Shown here in pieces: positions 13,787 through 24,830 of a stretch of DNA of 64,000 bases (positions are counted from its first letter, which is position 1; each line of letters opens with the position of its first letter). The stretch comes from Ranitomeya imitator. Its lineage: Eukaryota. The DNA is taken from contig NC_091287.1 in NCBI RefSeq assembly GCF_032444005.1, positions 31,434,001 to 31,498,000 of the forward strand, in the 5' to 3' direction. The translations under genes and the position numbers were made by a program. The notes beneath the pieces were generated by a model, which saw only the letters and a list, made by a program, of their open reading frames with translations, was not told where the DNA came from and searched no databases.

Positions 13787-14206
13787 GGCTTCTTTCACGC
13801 TCCCGTCGGTACGGGGCCGTCACAATGCGTCGGCGCGACGTACCGACGGGCGTTGTGAAAATTCGGCACAACGTGGGCAGTGGATGCAGTTTTTCAACGC
13901 ATCTGCTGCCCATTGTAAAGTCCCAGGGAGGAGGGGGCGGAGTTCCGGCTGCGCATGCACGGTAGGAATTGCAGGATCCGATGTACGAAAAAACGTTCCC
14001 TTGAATGTTTTTTCGATACGACGGTCCGCCAAAACACGATGCATCCAGTGCACGACGGACTCAACGTGTGGCCATATGTCGCGATCCTTTGGCAATACAA
14101 GTCTATGGGCAAAAAACGCATCCTGCGGGCAACTTTGCAGGATGCGTTTCTTGCACAGAACGACGCATTGCGACAGACAGCAAAAGACGGAAGTGTGAAA
14201 GAGGCC
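13787..14206. mobile_element. Harbinger-like MITE
   Basis: GGCTTCTTTCAC / GTGAAAGAGGCC termini, CTA/TTA flanks. Confidence 0.7.
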
Positions 14207-14397
14207 TTAGAGGCAGGTGCAGGCTGTAAAGCACAGTCAGCACCAACCCTGTGTAGTGCGGGCTCAGCTCCTGAATCCGCTCCATGACAACAGAATACGT
14301 CTTGGATGAGGAAGGGGATAAGGAACCCTGTAAAACCGTTATACAATACAGCGACTTATTTATCAACGATTATTGGACGGCCGATGTAGTCACTGAC

Positions 14398-15089
14398 CCA
14401 AACTTTCGCAATATGTGTATTTCCATTTCTGGTGTCATAGTCAATGACGTCTTTGATATCGTCAAACCCGTGCCACACAATCTTCACCACGGCTTCAGGT
14501 ATCTGCGTGGTCTCCTCGTTCCTCCCGTCAGATCGCTCCACACTCGACTTGCTGCTCTTTTTCTTTCGTCTCTTAGGAGAAGGGATTTCGACAATTGTCC
14601 CATACGATACGACCACGTCTGGAAGTAAACCTGGAGGTTCTGGATACCATAGAAAAACCTGAACCGTGTTCTCATCTGTGTGGTCTAGGAACGCTCGGCT
14701 ATTTCTTATGATGGGAGGAACATGGCGGGAGACTCGGAAAACCGCTCCTAGGCTGACGCTTTTCAGCACAGTCCTCCCAAAGACGTCCTTATTGAGGCCA
14801 CGATGAGTCCGAGCGGGATTTTTTCCCAAAGCCCAAGAAAACAGATTTCCTAAAGAGTCCCATACGCTGGAGACCTCCGGAGGGGGCATTTCAGAGGTTT
14901 CACTCCTGTCTTTGAGTGATGACGTATCGCTGCTACTTGTGGTTCCATGGGTTGTTCTGTGGGATCCAAGATCATATTCTGCAGGGGGCAAATGCGACAA
15001 AACATTCTCAGAAGTTCTTTTTTTCGGAGTCACGATTAACTCTGTCAGAGGTTCCAGTCGGCCATAACTTGCAGCTGGAGTCAAAGCTC
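14398..15089 (-). CDS. PEX1: PEX1 exon 5 (large exon, ALTPAASYGRLE...IAKVW)
   Basis: Open frame of 692 nt, acceptor ctctccag, donor TGG|gtcagt; AASYGRLE and KVW motifs. Confidence 0.9.
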
Positions 15090-15224
15090 CTGGAGAGAAA
15101 AAGAATTTTCTTAAGTGTAAAATGTTTTTACTCCCACCTTGTTTATATAGCGCCAACATATTCTGCAGCGCTGTACAGAGATTACCATCACCCCCTCAAT
15201 CATTAAATACCTTCCTACAAACAC

Positions 15225-15530
15225 ACAGCGGTGACATCATATGTGTGTTATCTCCTGTAAATAGAGGTCATTGTACAGGAGGAGGTGAGCTGTGACATCA
15301 CCTATTGTGAATGGCAGATCCTGTGTTATCTACTGTATATAGAGATGTTATCAGTCATTGTACAGGAGGAGGAGGTGAGCTGTGACATCACCTATTGTGA
15401 ATGGAGGATCCAGTGTTATCTACTGTATATAGAGGTGTTATCAGTCATTGTACAGGAGGAGGAGGTGAGCTGTGACATCACCTATTGTGAATGGTGGATC
15501 ATGTGTTATCTACTGTATATGGAGGTATTA
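15225..15530. repeat. About 90-bp tandem repeat, about 3 copies (PEX1 intron 4)
   Basis: gtcattgtacaggaggaggaggtgagctgtgacatcacctattgtgaatgg... recurs with 90-bp spacing. Confidence 0.85.
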
Positions 15531-16160
15531 GCAATCATTTTAATAATTAAACCGCTGAAAACACATCTGTACATAGCAAGAAATATGTGTCTATTATTAG
15601 CGGTACTGACCAGCGTGAACATTTTTAAAAAATTCTGATCTTTGTTTGACTTGAATTAAAAAAAAAAAAAAGATAAAAACCAGATTTAATCAATGGGTAA
15701 TTTTCAGATAACACTTTTCTTATAATAAAACCATATTTAAACTGTTTAGTTTTGTGACGGAACCATAATTAATACATGTAATGAAATCGACCCCAGACAC
15801 ATCGGCCGAACCTGCTCATAGAACATAATAAACGAGTCCTACGCCAAAACCATATACAATACGTCTGACTAGTGCACGCTGGTATTCTTTATTTTCCCTT
15901 AAGGAAAATCATTGTAGAAGTATAAGAGGGGATGCATGCAGGATGGGAAACCATAGGTGACGTAAGCCAATATATGGCATGTCGCTAAATACATCACGTA
16001 TACATATAGGTCAGAAGAACGGACCCATAGTGACGTGACTTGTGTAAGCGAGAGATCAAAGATATGAAGTAGGAGAAGGTTGTATTCCAGGGCTTTCAGA
16101 TATTCATTGCTAGGTATAGAAGTGACTATGGTGGTATATAGTCTATACACTACTACTCAC

Positions 16161-16275
16161 CTATCTGAATGTATATACACGTGTGCAGGTCCACCCACAC
16201 TGGAAACACGGCTTTGGGGTAAACTATCCGGATCTGGTCCAGAAGGTGCATTTCAAGGGCAGACGCATGCAGCTC
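16161..16275 (-). CDS. PEX1: PEX1 exon 4 ([29 protein letters not shown]...)
   Basis: 115 nt, canonical ag/gtgagt, strong similarity to PEX1. Confidence 0.95.
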
Positions 16276-17287
16276 CTGAGAATACATAGAGGTTAATACC
16301 GCTGTATGATACGTCATAAATCAGACTCTGAACATCGACTTTGTAATTGTGGTCACGAGGGTCACGGGAAGATATGGATCTCCGATGTTACCGAGACAAA
16401 TTTAGCCATGGCAGGAACTCCGTGACCGCACTCCCGGGCTATGGAGTCGAAGAGATCATTTTCCTGTATGTTATATTAACCCCTACCAATTTTCGTTTTT
16501 GCACTTTCACTTTTTCCTCCCCTTCTTCCAAGACCCAGATGTGTTTTTTTTTTTTTCCATCATAGATGTATACGGGTTTCTTGTTTGTTTTTTTTGCAGG
16601 GCGAGTTGTAGTTTTAAATAATATATAATTTACCTACTGAAAAACTGGGGGCAAAAAATCCAAATGCGGTAAAATGATGAAAAAAATGCAATTACGCCAT
16701 TGAATTTTTTTTGTTCCGTTTATTTTACAGCATTCACGAGGCAGTAAAAAAAAATGTGACACCATGACTCTTCTGCCAACGGGGATACCAAGCTGACATA
16801 ATATTGTAATTACGGTACTTATTCGTGAGAAAAAAATCATAAATTTCTAATATAAATAAAAAGTTTGATTTGTGCTGCCAAGACTTTTATTTTTATGTAA
16901 ATGGCGCTGGGGAAGAGATTGTTTTTTGTGGTGCAAGTGGATATCTTTATTCATAGCATTTGGTGTACACTGGATGTTTTGATAACTTTTTAAAGGAGGG
17001 AGAAACCGAAAAAAGGAAATTCTGGCATCTTGATCTTATTTTGGCCTCAGCGCACTAACTGTAAAAGTTAAATAATTTTATATTTTTATAAATTCTACTT
17101 TTTTTTATATTAACAAGAGAGAAAGTTTATTTTGAATTTTTTAAATTATATATATTTTCCTTATGGGACTTGAAGCTGCCAGGCGCTGGCTGTATAAGTC
17201 AGACGCAACCATGGAACCTTTATAAATATGTATTTCAGTGAGCTCCCCCTAGTGGTGGGTGATGTAAAAATGAAAGAAGCACTTTAC

Positions 17288-17371
17288 CAGTATCTCCCAG
17301 TCATCAGCAGACAGTGGCTCCACTATGACTTCCTTACAAGATGGGACATTCCTACACGGCTTTAGGAACAC
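17288..17371 (-). CDS. PEX1: PEX1 exon 3 ([28 protein letters not shown])
   Basis: Manual reverse translation; [11 protein letters not shown] matches the human motif as I recall it; 84 nt, ttttcag / gtaaag. Confidence 0.95.
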
Positions 17372-18213
17372 CTGAAAAGAAATAGTAACATAGTGAAGAT
17401 ATCACAAGCATCACAGATTGGAGGAGGATCGAGAAAGAAGTGGAGGAATTTGTCAGTCCTATAATTTATGGTCGGTCTCTATTGCAATTAATAGGAATTA
17501 CGAACCCGACGGGGTCCAGGAACGTTGTACCAACAAGGCATCATGTCTGCACCTCGGCCATAACTTGTGAACCCGGTCTAAGTCACTGGTCTTCCAAACC
17601 ATGAGTCCGCAGCTGATGCAAAACTACAACTACTAGCATGTCCCGACAGTTGTAGGTGCCATTTTGCAAAACTCGCGAGGGATGAAGGCAATTCCCTTTA
17701 ACCAAAGTGAGAACACATCCCTATTCATTCTTTGAAAAAAAGAAAAAAAAAAAAAAAGGACATTACATTTTTATGGTTGATCTGGTCTCATCCCTTCTCC
17801 CTGCTGCAGGATTGTGGGGGTCCTTGAGCCATAGGCTATAACTTTTTTTTTTTTTTTATAGGTTGATAGAGTGGTATCAGAGCTTTTTTTTTCTTCATTT
17901 CTTGCAGTACAAGCTGTAGTTTTTAATTCGTGCAAATTTTGAAGTCCAGATGATTTTCTGATTTCTTCTATTACATTTTTTTTTTTGAGGCAAAGTGACT
18001 GAAACACAGCGATTCTGCCATTTTAATTTTCTATTCTGCGTTCATCATATGGTATAAATATTATTATTGTATTTAATTGCTTTCGATAGTTCCGCACATT
18101 GAGATTCATTTGTTGCGATTATTTATTCGATTTTATTTACATTACAAAAAGAGAAGGGATATGAACTTTTAGATTTTTTTATTTTATAAATATATTTTAC
18201 ACGAATATTTTTA

Positions 18214-18257
<44 letters not shown>

Positions 18258-18687
18258 GCAAGTAGATGTACGCCAGCTTTAGCCAATGGAAATCTGATCT
18301 GACAGTATGTGTGCATTTCACAGACTGTACACGTACCACAAAGCTCAGACTGCCCACAGGCCATATATGACTATCAGGAGAGCCACGGCCGGACCGGACC
18401 TCACGGCGATGTGGACGCAGACCATGAAAGTCAGATGTGTGAAAGCAGCCTAAATCCCAATCAGGCCCTGTTCACACATAAGCTTTTGAGGTGTTAAAAA
18501 CTATGTTTTTTCCAAGTAGAAAACGCCTCAGGAAAAACTAAATTTTGGGGGAAGTTTTATTTATTTTTTGGCAGCCTTTTGACTGGGCTGAACACCAAGT
18601 TTTTCCAAAGCCTCTAAATGGGAAAGATTCTTAAAAAAAAACAAAAAACCCTCACATCTCATTGGATTTTTAATAGGATTAGATAAG

Positions 18688-19422
18688 TGTTATGATCAGG
18701 TGACCTTGGAGCAGCATGAAAACTTTCACTGGAGTAGGTGGTAACTATACTGACCGCAAATCCTGATCTTAACACCGCAGCTAGAAGTAGCCGTGGGGTG
18801 TACCTAACAAGGCCTAGACACCTCGTCACAGCCGGAGGACTAGATACCCCTATAGATGGAAATAGGAATTTCTACCTTGCCTCAGAGCAGAACCCCAAAG
18901 GATAGGCAGCCCCCCACAAATATTGACTGTGAGTAGTAGAGGAAAAGACACACACAGTCAGAAAACAGGATTTAGCACAAGAGGCCACTCTAGCTAAAAT
19001 AGGAAAGGATAGGACAGAGTTCTGTGCGGTCAGTATTAAAACCCTTCCAAAAATATCCACAGCAGATTATACAAAAATTCCTCCATCTAACTAAAGACGT
19101 GGAACGTATATCTGCAACTCCAGAGAATCCTACACTCAGAGCAGGAATACAATCAAAAAAACAAGCACACAGCTTGTGTGCCATAGAAAAAGAAACAGAC
19201 ACTTATCTTTGCCGAATTGCCAGCTAAGCAGGAGAAGCCAGACAGAGATCCAACACTTCCCAAGAAACATTGACAACTGGCAAGGACTAACGAGTCCTGC
19301 AAACCTAAATACCCCAGTCAGAATTGCAATCATCAGATACACCTGTCCAGGACTGCAGCCCAGGGACAACTGCATTACCACCTACAACCACCGGAGGGAG
19401 CCCAAAAGCAGAATTCACAACA
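18688..19422. mobile_element. Solo LTR, copy 1
   Basis: TGTTATGA...TCACAACA ends; GATAAG duplicated on both sides; homologous to 47768-48541. Confidence 0.88.
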
Positions 19423-19689
19423 GATAAGAATGCATTTATGATGTTCTTTCTTTTGTAACAATTTTAGAGCAAAACCACTTAAAAAAAAAACAAAAACAAG
19501 CCTTCCATGTGAACGGTGCTGGACATTGACAGACATTGTACAACTGCCACTATCTTTTTTTTATTTTTCATACTGCTGGCGCATTTTGTGTCACAATATT
19601 ATGGAACACGGCAATTGCGTCACATTATATGATGACACCGTATAATCTCAGTATTGCTTTATTAAGATGAGAGGTGATGTAGGAGAACG

Positions 19690-21190
19690 TGTATATAGTG
19701 AGGGGAGGCCGTATATAAGGAGGAGAGGCCGTGTATAGTGAGGGGAGACCGTGTATAAGGAGAAGAGGCCGTGTATGAGTAGGGGAGGCCGTGTATAAGG
19801 GGGGGAGGCCGTGTATAAGGGGGAGAGGCCGTGTATAAGGAGGGGAGGCCGTGTATACGGAGGGGAGGCGGTGTATACGGAGGGGAGACCGTGTTTAAGG
19901 AGGGGAGGCCGTGTTTAAGGAGGGGAGGTCGTGTTTGAGGGGAGGCCGTGTATAAGGAGGGGAGGCCGTGTTTAAGGAAGGGAGGCCGTGTTTAAGGAGG
20001 GGAGGCCGTGTACAAGGAGGGGACGCCATGTATAGTGAGGGGAGACCGTGTATAAGTAGGGGAGGCCGTGTATAAGGAGGGGAGGCCGTGTACGAGGGGA
20101 GGCCGTGTATACGGAGGGGAGGCCGTGTTTAAAAAGGGGAGGCCGTGTTTAAGGAGGGGAGGTCGTGTTTGAGGGGAGGCCGTGTATAAGGAGGGGAGGC
20201 CGTGTTTAAGGAAGGGAGGCTGTGTTTAAGGAGGGGAGGCCGTGTACAAGGAGGGGACGCCATGTATAGTGAGGGGAGACCGTGTATAAGTAGGGGAGGC
20301 CGTGTATAAGGAGGGGAGGCCGTGTACAGTGAGGGGAGGCCGTGTACAGTGAGGGGAGGCCGTGTACAGTGAGGAAAGGCCGTGTACAGTGAGGGGAGGC
20401 CATGTACAAGGAGAGGAGGCCATGTATAGTGAGGGGAGGCCGTGTATAAGGAGGGGAGGCCGTGTATAAGGAGGGGAGACCGTGTATAATGAGGGGAGGC
20501 CGTGTATAGTGAGGGGAGGCCATGTACAAGGAGAGGAGGCCATGTATAGTGAGGGGAGGCCGTGTATAAGGAGGGGAGGCCGTGTATAAGGAGGGGAGGC
20601 CGTGTATAAGGAAGGGAGGCCGTGTACAGTGAGGGGAGGCCGTGTATAAGGAAGGGAGGCTGTGTACAGTGAGGGGAGGCCGTGTACAGTGAGGGGAGGC
20701 CGTGTACAGTGAGGACAGGACGAGTATAGTGAGGGGAGGCCGTGTATAAGGAGGGGAGGCCGTGTATAAGGAGGGGAGGCCGTGTATAAGGAGGGGAGGC
20801 CGTGTATAAGGAGAGGCCGTGTATAAGGAGGGGAGGCCGTGTATAAGGAGGGGAGGCCGTGTATAAGGAGAGGAGGCCGTGTATAGTGAGGTGAGTCATG
20901 TATAAGGAGGGGAGGCTGTGTACAGTGAGGGGAGGCCCTGTATAAACACGGCCTCCCCTCCTTATACAAGGCCTCACCTCACTATACACGGCCTCCTCTC
21001 CTTATACAAGGCCTCACCTCACTATACACGGCCTCCCCTCACTATACACGGCCTCCCCTTATTAAGGAGGTGAGGTCGTGTATAAGGAGGTGAGGTCGTG
21101 TGTAAGGAGGGTAGGCCGTGTATAAGGAGGGTAGGCCGTGTATAAGGAGGGTAGGCCGTGTTCAGTGAGGGGAGGATGAGTATAGTGAGA
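19690..21190. repeat. G-rich 20-bp minisatellite with an internal inversion (about 20944-21061)
   Basis: Unit aggaggggaggccgtgtata; the reverse-complement unit appears locally. Confidence 0.95.
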
Positions 21191-21219
21191 GGAGGCCATT
21201 ATCACTACTGTATGTGGTA

Positions 21220-21430
21220 ACGTTTCCATGACAGCAGGAACAGCGGGCGGGAAAGTAGCGTCGGAAATAGGGGGCGGAGCTACTTCTAGTGAACTCCTCC
21301 CTACTGATGCGCGCGTAACCAATCAGCAGCAGGCTTGTCAGGCTCCCGCCAGATTATAAACCGCGCCACCGGAGGAGAGCGGGAGGCCGGAAGTCTCTTC
21401 AGATCAGAATCAGCAGCCGCCGCCGCCATC
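21220..21430 (+). promoter_or_regulatory. Putative promoter/5'UTR of the intronless UHRF1
   Basis: X-box-like GTTTCCATGACAGC 21222-35, E2F-type GGCGGGAAA 21246-54, GC box GGGGCGGAG 21271-79, CCAAT 21319-23, TATAAA 21355-60, ETS-type CCGGAAGT 21387-94, Kozak ATG at 21431. Confidence 0.65.
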
Positions 21431-23695
21431 ATGTGGATCCAGGTGCGCACCATGGACGGCCGGGAGACTCACCGCATTGACTCCCTGTCTAAGCTGACCA
21501 AGGTGGAGGAGCTGCGGGAGCGGATCCAGGAGGTGTTCGGAGCGGAGCAGGACCGGCAGCGGCTCTTCTACCGGGGGAAGCAGATGGAGGACGGACACAC
21601 GCTCTTTGATTACAGCGTCGGCCTGAATGACATCGTGCAGCTGCTGCTCCGCCAGCTCCCGCCGCCTCCTCCTCCTCCCTCGGTGCCGGTAACGGCGGAA
21701 GAGCCCGATGACGACTCCCCGATGTTGGAGACTGAGCCGGGGGAGGAGGAGCCCAGCGCCCGTGGCCTGTACCGGATAAAGGAGCCGGTGGACGCCCGGG
21801 ACCTGCACATGGGCGCCTGGTTCGAGGCGGAGGTGGTGAACGTGACCCGGGGAAGCCCCGGAGACCCCGCCGATGACGTCATCTACCATATACAGTATGA
21901 GGACTATCCTGAGGACGGGGTGGTGCAGCTGAGGGGTCCTGACGTGCGCCCCCGGGCCCGGAGCAGGCTGTCCTGGGAGGAGCTGCGGGCCGGACTGGTG
22001 GTCATGCTCAACTACAACCCGGACGACCCCAAGGAGCGGGGCTACTGGTACGACGCCGAGATCCTGCGCAAGAAAGAGGGCAAGGCCAGCAGGGAACTGT
22101 ACGCCAAGCTGCTAATGGGGGACGCCGGAGACCCCATAAACGACTGCAAAATCGTATTTGTGGATGAGGTGTTTCAGATTGAGAAGCCCGGGACCCCAAT
22201 CCCAGCAGAGACCCTGCCCCCACCTCCTGAGGAGGTGCCTGCCAAGCCGCAGACTGGACCCCAATGCAAGCTGTGCAAGGATGACCCCAAAACCAAATGC
22301 CGCATGTGCGCCTGCCACGTCTGCGGGGGCAAACAGGACCCCGAAAAGCAGCTGCTGTGCGACGAGTGCGACATGGCCTTCCATATCTACTGCCTGGACC
22401 CTCCACTGTCCGCCCTGCCAGATGTGGATGACTGGTACTGCCCGGACTGCAGGAACGATACCAGTGAGGTGGTGCTGGCGGGGGAAAAGCTAAAGGAGAG
22501 CAAGAAGAAGGCCAAGATGGCGTCTGCCAGCTCCTCGTCCCATAGAGACTGGGGGAAAGGCATGGCGTGCGTCGGGCGCTCCAGAGAGTGCACCATTGTC
22601 CCGTCCAATCACTACGGCAAGATACCCGGTGTACCCGTTGGCACCATGTGGAAGTTCAGGGTGCAGGTTAGCGAGGCGGGTGTGCACCGGCCTCACGTGG
22701 CGGGCATCCATGGGAGAAGCAATGATGGCTCCTATTCTCTGGTCCTGGCTGGTGGTTATGAGGATGATGCTGATGATGGCACAGAGTTTACCTACACCGG
22801 GAGCGGAGGTCGTGACCTCTCCGGTAACAAGCGGACAGCTGAGCAGTCATGTGACCAGAAACTGACCAACATGAATCGAGCCCTGGCCCTCAACTGCAGC
22901 GCCCCCATCAATGACAAAGAAGGGGCCGAAGCCAAAGACTGGAAAGCTGGTAAACCCGTGCGTGTCGTGCGTAATGCCAAGGGGAGTAAACACAGCAAAT
23001 TCGCCCCAGAAGAGGGCAACCGATACGACGGCATCTACAAAGTGGTGAAATACTGGCCTGAGAAGGGCAAGTCCGGCTTCCTCATATGGCGCTACCTACT
23101 GAGGAGAGATGACGACGAGCCGGCGCCATGGACCAAGGAGGGCAAAGAACGTGGTAAAAAACTAGGCCTCACTATGCAGTACCCCGAGGGTTACCTAGAG
23201 TCTGTGGCCAACAAGGAGCGGGAGAAGGAAAACATAGATTCAGATGAACTAGAAACGCCGGTCAAAGGGAAGAGAAAAAGGAAATCTGTCATTGAGGATG
23301 ATGATGAAGACGACGAGGAGGGAACGCAGAAGAAAACTAAAACTGAGCTTGTGTACGACTTGACCCCGGAGCAAAAAGAGCTGATCGAAAAGGACGAGCT
23401 GAACGTCAAGTTATGGAGCGAAGTGATGACGCATCTAAAGGAGGGCCCCAAATTCATCAGCAAGGTGGAGGAGACCTTCCTGTGCATCTGCTGCCAGGAG
23501 GTGGTGTACGAGCCCATCACCACCGAGTGTCTGCACAATATCTGCAAGAGCTGCCTGGACCGCTCCTTCAAGGCCTCCGTGTACAGCTGTCCTGCCTGCC
23601 GACACGACCTGGGCAAGAACTACGACATGAGGGTGAACAAACCCCTGCAGAGCGTCCTCGGCCAGCTCTTCCCAGGTTACGAGAGGGGGCGATAA
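21431..23695 (+). CDS. UHRF1: Intronless UHRF1 (E3 ligase / DNA-methylation maintenance factor), 754 aa, probable retrogene nested antisense in PEX1 intron 2
   Basis: Single ORF from the Kozak-context ATG (gccgccatcATG; the ORF-track start at 21335 is an upstream TTG). Shows UBL ([10 protein letters not shown]...[12 protein letters not shown]), tandem Tudor ([20 protein letters not shown]), PHD ([21 protein letters not shown]), SRA ([28 protein letters not shown]) and RING. N- and C-termini fit UHRF1 rather than UHRF2. Confidence 0.96.
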   Translation: MWIQVRTMDGRETHRIDSLSKLTKVEELRERIQEVFGAEQDRQRLFYRGKQMEDGHTLFDYSVGLNDIVQLLLRQLPPPPPPPSVPVTAEEPDDDSPMLETEPGEEEPSARGLYRIKEPVDARDLHMGAWFEAEVVNVTRGSPGDPADDVIYHIQYEDYPEDGVVQLRGPDVRPRARSRLSWEELRAGLVVMLNYNPDDPKERGYWYDAEILRKKEGKASRELYAKLLMGDAGDPINDCKIVFVDEVFQIEKPGTPIPAETLPPPPEEVPAKPQTGPQCKLCKDDPKTKCRMCACHVCGGKQDPEKQLLCDECDMAFHIYCLDPPLSALPDVDDWYCPDCRNDTSEVVLAGEKLKESKKKAKMASASSSSHRDWGKGMACVGRSRECTIVPSNHYGKIPGVPVGTMWKFRVQVSEAGVHRPHVAGIHGRSNDGSYSLVLAGGYEDDADDGTEFTYTGSGGRDLSGNKRTAEQSCDQKLTNMNRALALNCSAPINDKEGAEAKDWKAGKPVRVVRNAKGSKHSKFAPEEGNRYDGIYKVVKYWPEKGKSGFLIWRYLLRRDDDEPAPWTKEGKERGKKLGLTMQYPEGYLESVANKEREKENIDSDELETPVKGKRKRKSVIEDDDEDDEEGTQKKTKTELVYDLTPEQKELIEKDELNVKLWSEVMTHLKEGPKFISKVEETFLCICCQEVVYEPITTECLHNICKSCLDRSFKASVYSCPACRHDLGKNYDMRVNKPLQSVLGQLFPGYERGR

Positions 23696-24552
23696 CTGGT
23701 GGGAAGACATTACGTTATTATTACAGCTCTTTTCGAGACTCTGCCATAATTGCCGATTCTTCCTTCCCCCTAAACTCTCCTGTCCCTTACATCTGACTCT
23801 GAGATCAAAGGCTGCAGCGGACTTTACATCCCATGGTAACTGGACATGACTTGCTGGCATACATGGAGAAGAAGCAATGTTGACCACATGCAGCTCTAAC
23901 CATCTGGATATCTGCGATTTAATCTGGATTAGGAAGATTGGACGTGTGTGAAGCCAAGTCCCTATAATAATAATAATGTTTTGCAGGGGTATAAGCCACC
24001 GCTGATCAGGGTCTATCAGCTTGTTGATTATCTCCTGTGTTAGTAAGGGGTATTCCAATCTTTAGAAATTATCACCCTTCTGGTGGTCTGACTGCTGGGA
24101 CCCACACTAATCCGAAAAACTGGGCTCCAGAGTGCTTTCCGAATATAGTGGTGACCAGATGTGTGCACCACTGTGCCATTCTCTATGGGACTGTCGCAGA
24201 AGGCTGAGCACTGTACTCTGCAATCTCTGGCGGCTCCACAGAGAATGAACATAGCAGTGGGGCACATGTACAGCCACCGCTATACTCAAATAGTCTCGGT
24301 ATTTGGATGCCACGCTGATCAGCAAGTTTGGTGCGAATTCTAAAAATTGGAACAACCCATTAAACACTGACAGCAGTGAGAAGTAATTTATTGTAACTTA
24401 GATTTTTTTTTTTTATCTCTAATCAGTTTGATTTAGGAGTCCAGTGGGTGGTCCTACTTGTAAATGGACAGATCATTGATTCCAATCTTTGTCCAGAATG
24501 AAGAGATTAATTGCTTATAACTACTCTTCACAGGTCTAGATCAGTAGTTTAA

Positions 24553-24830
24553 AGGGATATTCCCATCTACAAGATCCTAGCCCAATTAGAAACGCAATAT
24601 AGTTTTTCTGATTCACTGTCTTTGCTCATGCAAAAGGCATTATAGGACCTTGGGTATCCATGGTTACGATAACTGATAGTGGTTGTAACCATGGATACGC
24701 AAGATCCTGTAATTCCTGCACATGATGAGAGACCTAGCGAATCAGAAAAACTATACTACGTTTCTAATTGAAGATATTTTATTCCACCTACTACATGTTG
24801 GGCTAGGGTCTTGTAGATGGGAATACCCCT
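24553..24830. mobile_element. Kolobok/T2-type fold-back MITE
   Basis: TTAA|AGGGATATTCCCATCTACAAGA ... TCTTGTAGATGGGAATACCCCT|ATAA; whole element is palindromic. Confidence 0.72.

Noticed and set aside
20129-20989. Pro/Leu-rich extensin-like ORFs on the - strand
   Set aside because: Translation of the 20-bp G-rich satellite
21335-21430. 32-aa N-terminal extension of UHRF1 in the ORF track
   Set aside because: Starts at TTG upstream of the TATA box; the conserved MWIQVRT start with Kozak context is at 21431
21410-23616. Multiple 60-160-aa ORFs antisense to UHRF1
   Set aside because: Shadow ORFs expected from a GC3-rich coding sequence
23696-24400. Poly(A) tail and TSD for the UHRF1 retrocopy
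   Set aside because: Only an (AAT)n run at about 23965 and ATTAAA at about 24359; no convincing poly(A) or flanking direct repeat, so retroposition is inferred from intron loss only
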